In this document: in pieces, positions 16,518 through 23,980 of the stretch
Layout: each line of letters begins with the position of its first letter
How positions within the stretch are numbered: the stretch's first letter is position 1
Assembly: GCA_964582975.1 (NCBI GenBank)
Contig: CAZOUO010000002.1
Location: 1 to 47,771, forward strand
Length of the DNA: 47,771 bases
Source: an uncultured Thermotogae bacterium
Lineage (GTDB): Bacteria > Bipolaricaulota > Bipolaricaulia > UBA7950 > UBA9294
Direction: 5' to 3'
Translations under genes and position numbers: made by a program
The notes under the pieces: model-generated
What the model was told of the DNA's origin: nothing
Seen by the model: only the letters and a program-made list of their open reading frames with translations
The model's database searches: none

Positions 16518-18197
16518 CTATCCCGGCTGCCCGGGCCACTCGGGCGCGTCCTTGAATCGTTCCTCGCTGTTCTCCCACACCTCCGGGTAACAGAGTTTCC
16601 CCTTGTTGTCCCATTGGTAGCCTGCCCCTTCCAACAGTTCCCTCGCCTTGTCGAGATCAAACGGCGGGATAACTAGGTTAGGGTTGTTCCAGAATTCATT
16701 GGCCGGTGCGATGAACGACTGCCCTGCAACCGCCCACCCCTTGAGGATGACATCGACGATGAAGTCGTAATCAAACGTGTAAGCGAGTGCCTTCCGGAAC
16801 AGGCTGTCCCGTCCCGGTAGAATCCGCGTGTTCCATCCCATATAGTAGACGCCGAAATCCTCGAGGATGGACAGTTCGATGTTCAGGTTGCCTTTCGCTT
16901 CCTCGATTTGCTCCGGAAGAAGTCGGCGTTCGTGGAAGTCAATGTCCCCAGCCATCAGCGCCTGGAAGATCACCTCAGGATTCTGAAGGTTGATGAACAG
17001 GAAGTTCACCTGCGGTGGCTGATAGTGGTTCTCATTCGCCTCCAAAAACAATTCCTGCTCCCGTTTCCAATACCCCCACTTGAAGGGACCACTTCCTACC
17101 GGGTCGGGGTTCTCCCACTCATATGGTGTGGTTACACCCTCGAAGGACAAAACATCCTTCCAAATGTGCCACGGCAGGATATAAACCTGGGCAAAGGTAG
17201 TCTGGTACACCCCAGGATATGGATCCTTCAGCTTCATCCGTAGGGTCAGACTGTCCACGACTTCAATTTCCTCGAACGCTTTGGTGAACGGCGATAGCTC
17301 CGGCTGTTCCCACTCCGTCATGAACTCGTAGCTGAACTTGACATCGTGTGCGGTGACCGGCATGCCGTCATGGAAGAACATGTTCGGACGAAGACGAACA
17401 AGAATCGTCGTCTCGTCCTCGGCCTCCCACGACTCGGCCGCCGAGGAGACTGGCTTTCCATCCGTCCCAATCCGGGTTAGTGTATCATACACCAACCGCA
17501 TCAGATCAGGGTTCAACCCCGCCATGAAGTTCATGGGGTTAGACGTGCCGATGTCGTTGTGCCGTGCGAACCGTACCGTCTTATCGTCGGTCAGCGGACG
17601 CAGGTTCAACAGATTCCACACGTGCCACAGGTTGTATCCTACCATGGACGTCCAGCCCTCGAACCGTCCAATGCCATGACCAACAGCAGAGACTACGTGA
17701 TACAGAGGCTTCGCTGGCACCTCCTGGTTGATGTACTCCTGGCACTGCCACACAAGTTCTCGTCGTTTCTCGATGTCCATCTCCGTTCGTTGAGCCGTGA
17801 CAAGTTCGTCGTAGTAGGCGGAGCTAAACGCCGCGTAGTTCGTCCCGTCCTCCCCGATGTTCGAAGAGTGAAACGGCCAATAGAGCAACACGTCGGGGTC
17901 CAACCGCTCTGGCCTCGACACGAAACCGAACACCCACGCGCTATAGTCGTCAAACGGTGGCTTTCCAAGACGCTCAGCTGAACCCGCATAGTCAAGCTCG
18001 ATTAGCTCAACTGTGAGGCCGAGCTCCTCCCAGTTCCGCGTAAGCATTTTCCCCGATTCATTCCTCACCGGATCCCACGATGCAGCTGGGATGACGAACT
18101 GAATCGGGTCAACGGGCGTCAATGCTGACACACTCAATCCGACGCCCACGCACAATAAAACTGCAATACCCACTATCCACGTATTTCTAGACCTCAC
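16518..18197 (-). CDS. ABC transporter substrate-binding protein, family 5 (peptide/opine/nickel type), with permuted block order
   Basis: The 559-aa product starts at GTG 18197 behind AAGGAGG and has a signal-like N-terminus. Family-5 blocks (AESWEAEDETTILVRLRPNMFFHDGMPVTAHDVKFS; PVGSGPFK; ARELLEGAGY) are present. The normally C-terminal block comes first (see findings). Confidence 0.85.
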   Translation of the reverse strand: MRSRNTWIVGIAVLLCVGVGLSVSALTPVDPIQFVIPAASWDPVRNESGKMLTRNWEELGLTVELIELDYAGSAERLGKPPFDDYSAWVFGFVSRPERLDPDVLLYWPFHSSNIGEDGTNYAAFSSAYYDELVTAQRTEMDIEKRRELVWQCQEYINQEVPAKPLYHVVSAVGHGIGRFEGWTSMVGYNLWHVWNLLNLRPLTDDKTVRFARHNDIGTSNPMNFMAGLNPDLMRLVYDTLTRIGTDGKPVSSAAESWEAEDETTILVRLRPNMFFHDGMPVTAHDVKFSYEFMTEWEQPELSPFTKAFEEIEVVDSLTLRMKLKDPYPGVYQTTFAQVYILPWHIWKDVLSFEGVTTPYEWENPDPVGSGPFKWGYWKREQELFLEANENHYQPPQVNFLFINLQNPEVIFQALMAGDIDFHERRLLPEQIEEAKGNLNIELSILEDFGVYYMGWNTRILPGRDSLFRKALAYTFDYDFIVDVILKGWAVAGQSFIAPANEFWNNPNLVIPPFDLDKARELLEGAGYQWDNKGKLCYPEVWENSEERFKDAPEWPGQPG

Positions 18198-18259
18198 TTA
18201 TACCTCCTTTCCTTACTTGGTTCACTTGTTTCTACAGGCCACACGTTCTCCCGTGCATA

Positions 18260-19687
18260 TCACCTCCTATTTAGATTTAGTGGAGAGGTTAAGGCACATA
18301 CTTCGTCGCATTTCTCAAGATTGCGTATGACTCCAAGCATTTGGTCGCTTTGCTCATTGGTAAGTACCATTGATGCTTGATTACGAAACTTTCGCTCCAA
18401 TTCCTCATCTCCCAGTGGTCGATCAGGCGTTCCGCGGGCATCCACTGTAGTTGCAGAAAAACCCCTGTCGCGTCCCTTGGCAAACACCGAAACCGTCGAT
18501 TGCTCGTGCTCGGGGAACTGTCGGCTTGCCGACGTGTCTTCCACGACAGAAATCCTTTCCGCCAACGCAAGCACCTTGTCATCATCAACTGCTTCGGCAG
18601 CGAACTCTTTAGGCGTTAGTCTTCCATGTGAAACAAGCAAAGCCAGACAGAAGGGCAGCGAGAATTGAGCTTCCGTGAACGATGCCGGACGAGGAATGTT
18701 ATGGTACTCGTCTGTAAGGAGCGCGAACGTCGCTACCTCTATCCGCTCAATTTCGTCGTGCACTACGGACTCAGCTGAAATGATCTGTTCCATCGATTCC
18801 AAGGACGTGTGGAGAAAACGGCAGGTTGGGTACGGCTTGAATACGACCTGCTCGATCAAGAAGCTCTTCCCCAACCCGTCTGAAAGTCCTGAAAGTCCCA
18901 ATTGATCATTTCTCCTCTCCGTCCAGAATCCCAACTCGCCGTCCAAGCAGTTATCCTGAGCTCGAAATCCCTCTGCTGCCAGCAGGGCCGCTTCCAGGCC
19001 CGCTTGTACTGACCATCCGTAGCCGGACTTGAAATCGCTACGCACTCCCATAAGCGATTTTTCTTTCCGGATCATCGGTAGCGGAGCAGTGCTCAAGGAT
19101 GTGCCGAGGGCGTTGAACGTCTGCTGTGTATTCAGTTCGAGAATCTTCGAGGCAGCTGCCGAAGCCCCAAGCGTCTGCAGGGTTCCCAGATCCCAGCCCC
19201 CACTAAACCGTGTGAACTTTGGTTGCAGGCAGGCCATACAGCGAACCGCCACCTCGTAACCGACTACGACAGCCTCCAGGAATCTTCTTCCCGAGACGCG
19301 GAAAGCCTCGCCCAAAGCCAGTGCAGCCGGGATGACTGTGGATCCATGGTGCCCCACAAGAGTATCGTCGTAGTCGAGAGCGTTGGCCAGTCCCGCATTC
19401 GCAAAGCCAGCCAAGATGGGAGAAGTCCTTAATCCATCTGCAGACAGGACCGTTGCTACCTCCTCGCCAGGCCATCTCCTAGCCAAGCGCATGAGCTGTT
19501 CTGATATGGGAGTAACATTCCCCCCGAGTGCACAGCCAAGCGTGTCGAGCGCACAACGTTTCGCCGCATTTAGGGTGCTAGAAGAAAGGTCGTCAAACGT
19601 GGTTTGCACAACTGAGTCCGAGAGCTTCCACGTTGCCCCCACGAAAGGCTGTCTAGCTGCCGGTGATCTATTGTTCTTGTGTCTCAT
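18260..19687 (-). CDS. MmgE/PrpD family protein
   Basis: The 475-aa product has PrpD-family blocks AKRCALDTLGCALGG and YDDTLVGHHGSTVIPAALALGE plus a C-terminal PrpD domain. It overlaps the GntR gene 3' end by 20 nt. Confidence 0.82.
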   Translation of the reverse strand: MRHKNNRSPAARQPFVGATWKLSDSVVQTTFDDLSSSTLNAAKRCALDTLGCALGGNVTPISEQLMRLARRWPGEEVATVLSADGLRTSPILAGFANAGLANALDYDDTLVGHHGSTVIPAALALGEAFRVSGRRFLEAVVVGYEVAVRCMACLQPKFTRFSGGWDLGTLQTLGASAAASKILELNTQQTFNALGTSLSTAPLPMIRKEKSLMGVRSDFKSGYGWSVQAGLEAALLAAEGFRAQDNCLDGELGFWTERRNDQLGLSGLSDGLGKSFLIEQVVFKPYPTCRFLHTSLESMEQIISAESVVHDEIERIEVATFALLTDEYHNIPRPASFTEAQFSLPFCLALLVSHGRLTPKEFAAEAVDDDKVLALAERISVVEDTSASRQFPEHEQSTVSVFAKGRDRGFSATTVDARGTPDRPLGDEELERKFRNQASMVLTNEQSDQMLGVIRNLEKCDEVCALTSPLNLNRR

Positions 19688-20483
19688 TCTCCAGAAGGGC
19701 TAGCCAATCTGCCATCGCGCGCATCACGTGATCCCGAGCCATTGAAGCTGCCTTCTCGGCATCACGAGCGCGAAGGGCTTCCAAGATTTTTCTGTGCTCC
19801 TGAATCGATTTTCTCGAGCGCTTCACTGAAGGAAGGGCAAACAGTGTAACCCTGGATCGCTTCAGGTAGTCAATTGAAGCAAGGACCATTTCCAGCAAGG
19901 GAGCGTTCTGGGCCGCTTCGGCAACGGCCCGGGTAAACGCTCGATCGGCATACAACATGCCTGTCTTGTCTTCCGTCTCCACGGCCACTTCCTGCTCGTG
20001 TAGCGCCTCCTCCACTTTCTCAAGGTTTCCCGACTGCAGGCGCCTCGCTGCGAGATAAGCGGCTTCAGCAAAGACTGCCCTGTGGACTTCGAAGTATTCC
20101 AGAACCTCCTCTTTCCGCGCCTGAATCTGCCTGTGGATTAACTGTGTCTCGGCATTCTGCCCATTGAGTCCAACAACAAATGCTCCCTTGCCAGGCTTCA
20201 CTGCGATGTACCCAACGGCTTCGAGAGCGCGCAACGCTTCACGAACCGGATTTCGGCTCGTACCGAATTGTTCAGCAAGAACCCGCTCACCTGGAAGCTT
20301 CTGACCCAGCCCCAATTGGCCCTCCCGGATCATCGTCTCAATCTGCCTAGCAATCTGCTTCGATGTCCGGAGTGCTTCGACTGGCTGGAAGAGCGTGTGC
20401 TTGGATTTAGAATCACCGGCTTTGCTTTCAGGCACTGTTCCCTCCGAAGCCAAGCGCGCTGCCGTCCGCCAGAGCCATAGCAT
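19668..20483 (-). CDS. GntR family transcriptional regulator (FadR/FCD subfamily)
   Basis: The winged HTH reads LPGERVLAEQFGTSRNPVREALRALEAVGYI, followed by an all-helical FCD-type C-domain. A GTG at 20435 behind GGAGGG is a plausible alternative start. Confidence 0.85.
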   Translation of the reverse strand: MLWLWRTAARLASEGTVPESKAGDSKSKHTLFQPVEALRTSKQIARQIETMIREGQLGLGQKLPGERVLAEQFGTSRNPVREALRALEAVGYIAVKPGKGAFVVGLNGQNAETQLIHRQIQARKEEVLEYFEVHRAVFAEAAYLAARRLQSGNLEKVEEALHEQEVAVETEDKTGMLYADRAFTRAVAEAAQNAPLLEMVLASIDYLKRSRVTLFALPSVKRSRKSIQEHRKILEALRARDAEKAASMARDHVMRAMADWLALLENETQEQ

Positions 20484-21078
20484 GAATTATCTCCTCATCA
20501 TGTATTCCATGTATTCCCGCGTGCGCGCGGCTCCCACGGCACGCGAGGGAGAGCTCGCAGCCCCCCCGGACAAGATCAGTTGCACACTCGCTGCACAGCG
20601 CCCCTACGCCTTGCAACCGGGCAGATGTTGATTGGCCTTTTGCATACGCCAAACCGATAACCTGCTCCATTGCTTCACTTGGACGCCCCGCCCAAATCGC
20701 GACGTCAAGTTCCGCATGAAGGTGAGACAAGGGGAAGAGCTCGAAAACCCTCTTCGCCGTCGTCAGACGGGGCATGGATTCAAGTATTTCGAGTGCGATT
20801 CCCTCATCTTGCACTCCCCACTCCAGCAGCCTTTCTGCCAGCACCCCAATGATTTCGGAAGAAGATGGGTCTACTCCAAGGACGAAACGCGCCAACAGAC
20901 AAGTGAACCAATCCGCTTTGACGGTGATGGTTTCACCCCCAAGAGCCCGGCCAACGGATTCGCAAAAACGGTCCTCTTTCAGTTGACTGGCGGATTGATC
21001 TGAGGGATCAGCCTGAACCCAAAAGCCAACTAGAGAGATGTCGCAGTTGGTTCGCTGCTTGCAGGTTGATCTCATCAC
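20428..21078 (-). CDS. hypothetical protein, possibly DUF169 family
   Basis: This 216-aa ORF is the first gene of the long minus-strand array. FCESVGRALGGETITVKADWFTCLLARFVLGV resembles the DUF169 core as I remember it. The family assignment is tentative. Confidence 0.5.
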   Translation of the reverse strand: MMRSTCKQRTNCDISLVGFWVQADPSDQSASQLKEDRFCESVGRALGGETITVKADWFTCLLARFVLGVDPSSSEIIGVLAERLLEWGVQDEGIALEILESMPRLTTAKRVFELFPLSHLHAELDVAIWAGRPSEAMEQVIGLAYAKGQSTSARLQGVGALCSECATDLVRGGCELSLACRGSRAHAGIHGIHDEEIIHAMALADGSALGFGGNSA

Positions 21079-21100
21079 GTTGTTTCATTCCTTCGCATTC

Positions 21101-21125
21101 GGTATACTGGTTCAACCAGTATACC
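21101..21125. promoter_or_regulatory. perfect 12+12 inverted repeat, candidate GntR operator
   Basis: GGTATACTGGTT-c-AACCAGTATACC lies in the divergent gap between the 20428..21078 gene and the MFS gene. The core TGGTTCAACCA fits the GntR-type GT-N-AC palindrome pattern. Confidence 0.45.
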
Positions 21126-21205
21126 AAGGGCGGGGTACGTTGTCAACGCTACGATACGAAACTGCGTGCATAAGGGCATCTTGACTTGATAGGACATGAA
21201 CTACT

Positions 21206-22402
21206 ATGCAAATTCTCAATGAGCGCGCTCGCGTTCTGACGCTCTGTTCGCTGGCATGGTTCCTCATCTTCTCGGGGGGGCTCCTCCCAGGAGTCGTACT
21301 TCCCGTTGTGCAGAGAGAGCTCGCGCTTAGCTTGACCCAGGCAGGTTTCGCGATTACTATGCTGTGGCTGTTTCATGCACTGACACAGTTTCCAGCTGGA
21401 ATCCTAGCGGATCGTCTCGGCCGGAAGCTCATCATCGCCCTGGGTCTGCTCGTATTTGCAGCCGGAAGCTTCATCACAGGGATATCATCGGAATACACGG
21501 TCCTATTGCTCGCGTTCATTGTGCTTGGGATCGGCATGGGAACCTACCCTAGCGCAGGGACAACGCTTCTCGCGGAGACGTTCGGCAACCAAAAGGGAAA
21601 AGCTTTCGGAATCCATTCAGCCGTTTCCACGCTTGGAGGGGTCGTTCCGCTTGTCGTCCCTCTTCTCATTCCTTTTTTCGGATGGCGTGGGGTATATCAC
21701 GGCTTTGGCTTCCTCGCACTTCCCCTCGTTGGGCTCTTTTTAGTGGCCAACCGACGAGATGACAGTAGCATCTCACAGACCCAGACCTTCCGACCTGCAT
21801 TTCGAGACATATTCTGGAATCGTTCGCTGAGATGTCTTCTGATCCTTACTATCCTCTTCGTTAGCGCGTGGCAGGCAACAACCTCGTTCCTGCTCACTTA
21901 CTTGGTAAATGAAAAGGGAATTTCGCTTGGCCTAGCAGGAATGATTTATTCCATGATCTTCTTCGCTGGGGTAATGACGCGGCCTTTGATCGGAATCCTC
22001 TCAGACTGGCTCGATCGTCGTCGACTGCTTCTCGCGATGTGCGCCCTTGGCAGTATGGGTTGTCTGATCCTAATCATCAGCCAATCAATTGTCGGAATCT
22101 GCCTTGCAGTTGGTTGTTTCTCATTATGTGGGGGGTTCTTCTTGGTCAAGAACGGGTATCTTCTCGATCTACTCCCTCAGCAACGCGCGGCGACGGATTT
22201 GGGCTTGTTCAACATGACAATTACGCTGGTGGCGAGTCAATCCTCGGTCTTAATCGGTGCTTTGGGGGATCACTACTCGTTAACGCACGGCTTTGCTGTA
22301 CTCACAGGCCTGATGGCCGCAGCGGCTGTGCTGACAGTTCCACTGCCTCCTCCGGCTCAAGCGTCACTGCAACAGGAAGGTCTGCACTTGTCTAAACAGT
22401 GA
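21206..22402 (+). CDS. MFS transporter
   Basis: The 398-aa product has 12 hydrophobic segments and MFS motifs GILADRLGRK and GILSDWLDRRR. Confidence 0.85.
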   Translation: MQILNERARVLTLCSLAWFLIFSGGLLPGVVLPVVQRELALSLTQAGFAITMLWLFHALTQFPAGILADRLGRKLIIALGLLVFAAGSFITGISSEYTVLLLAFIVLGIGMGTYPSAGTTLLAETFGNQKGKAFGIHSAVSTLGGVVPLVVPLLIPFFGWRGVYHGFGFLALPLVGLFLVANRRDDSSISQTQTFRPAFRDIFWNRSLRCLLILTILFVSAWQATTSFLLTYLVNEKGISLGLAGMIYSMIFFAGVMTRPLIGILSDWLDRRRLLLAMCALGSMGCLILIISQSIVGICLAVGCFSLCGGFFLVKNGYLLDLLPQQRAATDLGLFNMTITLVASQSSVLIGALGDHYSLTHGFAVLTGLMAAAAVLTVPLPPPAQASLQQEGLHLSKQ

Positions 22403-22478
22403 CTGAAAAGAGTACCATCTCTGTCAACCGATTAATCATGAGGAACGAGGTGTGACAAGAAGAGATAAGGAGAAGCAG

Positions 22479-22955
22479 ATGGACGACCAATTACGGCTGA
22501 GCAAGCTTGAACTCCTGTTTGAGCATGGTGATCGTCTCACAGCAACCCTCCTCTGGGATTCTGCGCCGAAGACATGCGCAGCGATCGTGGGTGTCCTTCC
22601 CGTAGAAGGAAAGACTCGCCACGCACAGTGGGCCGGAGCGGAGTTCATGCTCTCAGGATTCCCGATCGAAGAACGTCTCCCCATTGAAAACCCATTTGTA
22701 TGGCGCGAGCCTGGTTTTGTGATCACGAACAAGCATCCCGGAGGCGTGCTTGCCTTCTATCCCAATCCGGAGGTCCGCGCTTTTTGTGTCCTATATGGTG
22801 AAACCATCCCGCGGTGTGCGGTAGACAAGCCGGTTGCTGTCACGGTTTTCGCAACAATCGATGACCTTCAAAAGGCTGATGAAATTGGCAGGCGGCTTCG
22901 CGAAATCGGCCCCAGCTCAGTCCGTATAAGCGCGCTTAATTCCTGCGATGAGTAG
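22479..22955 (+). CDS. hypothetical protein, possibly DUF3830 (cyclophilin-like fold) family
   Basis: ATG 22479 lies behind AAGGAG, and the track ORF starts at GTG 22452. ATLLWDSAPKTCAAIVGVLPVEGKTRHAQWAGAEF resembles the DUF3830 N-terminal block as I remember it. The assignment is tentative. Confidence 0.5.
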   Translation: MDDQLRLSKLELLFEHGDRLTATLLWDSAPKTCAAIVGVLPVEGKTRHAQWAGAEFMLSGFPIEERLPIENPFVWREPGFVITNKHPGGVLAFYPNPEVRAFCVLYGETIPRCAVDKPVAVTVFATIDDLQKADEIGRRLREIGPSSVRISALNSCDE

Positions 22956-23162
22956 GGAGGCCGCGGCCATCATCCCGCTTGGATCAGGATTGTTCCAGAA
23001 GCCGTGGGCTGTGGAATACCAGATGGCACATGCCACATGGACAAGTAAGCAATCTGATTCTAGGATCACTCTTCCAGACTTATGTCTCGGTGCTCGGTCC
23101 TAAGTACAGACCTATGTAGCGGCTGTAATCAGGGCAATTCACCTCGACCAATCGAGGCAGCG

Positions 23163-23556
23163 GAGTTCCAAAGTTGTCCGCCACCCGGAGGCTCCATAGA
23201 CAAAGAGGTTCTCGCCACCACCACGAAACAAGCTGACACGCGTTCCAGGATCGGGCCTCAAAGCTCGGATCTCCATAGCTCAATGCTGAGCACATAATCA
23301 CTTAGCGACTGTTCAGGCCAATTCCTTCAGCGATTCCCAATAGGAGTTCCAAGGCTGTCTACCTACAGCATCCGCAGGTCACTTGCCACCCAGCTGATTT
23401 AACATCTCGCCCTGGGAGTTCGAAAGTCGTCCACCAGACTCCACCTGGTGTGATTCGATCTTCATTGCCGACCTGTATTGCTTCTACCACCACTGACGAG
23501 TAGAATCTTAACATCTTCGGTGGGCAGCCACTCGAAAGTTCGAAAGTTGTCCACTA
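23163..23556 (+). repeat. four same-orientation copies of a degenerate ~20-nt motif GAGTTC(G/C)AA(A/G)G(T/C)NGTC(C/T)(A/G)C
   Basis: The copies are at 23163 (gagttccaaagttgtccgcca), 23344 (gagttccaaggctgtctacc), 23416 (gagttcgaaagtcgtccacca) and 23536 (aagttcgaaagttgtccacta, with a tandem TCGAAAGT duplication). A fifth copy lies at 3131 (gagttcgaaagtagtccagta). Confidence 0.45.
23399..23427 (+). promoter_or_regulatory. promoter-like module TTAACA-N17-GAAAGT
   Basis: The geometry matches the modules at 2121 and 3114. A second candidate, TTGCTT-N17-TAGAAT, lies at 23478..23506. Confidence 0.25.
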
Positions 23557-23980
23557 GGGGGTACCAGTTTGCAGAATCATCCCCCGACGCCACCAAATCA
23601 AACGGCTTTTTCATCTTTCGAGTGGTCCAGAGATTTGGGCAGGGTCACTGGTATTCCACGCCCACTCGTCGAGCAAATCTAGAATGCCTTCTTAACATCA
23701 TGTCCCTCATCCAATGCTCATAACTAGCGCTGCCTGAAACGGTGGAACCCCCGATTGTCTTCCGCCCGTAGGGCGTTGCTCACTCGAGATTGATGGGGCC
23801 GTTTCGAGGTTGCACCCTCGTTTGGCTATACTCTGAACCGATCACCGAACTCTGTAAAGAGCTGTGAGTAAGGTCCTAGCATGAACCATCAGCTTGCCAG
23901 GATCCCGGTAAGACGAGACGTCAAGATCGGTCGATTCGTCCGAACAGGTAGGGCCACATAACGACAAACGAGGAGCGAAA

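Noticed and set aside
18198-18259. A second GntR operator half-site (acttggttcacttg) between the PrpD-family gene and the permuted binding-protein gene.
   Set aside because: Only a partial match to one arm of the 21101-21125 palindrome exists, with no inverted partner. This could easily be chance.
11072-22402. A staphylopine/pseudopaline-like metallophore locus (opine dehydrogenase, Opp-type importer and a nearby MFS exporter).
   Set aside because: No nicotianamine-synthase-like (CntL) gene and no histidine racemase are present. The hydrolase, PrpD and MR/MLE genes fit catabolism better than biosynthesis.
23163-23556. Whether the repeated 20-nt motif could be a CRISPR array.
   Set aside because: The copies are degenerate and the spacing is irregular (181, 72 and 120 nt). 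No cas genes are present, and another copy lies 20 kb away at 3131. None of this fits a CRISPR array.
23082-23723. Small ORFs in the 1-kb gap: 71 aa (+), 73 aa (-) and 81 aa (+).
   Set aside because: The first two are mirror images on opposite strands. None has an SD plus recognisable motifs, and the repeated DNA motif falls in different reading frames in different copies. That argues against a coding repeat.
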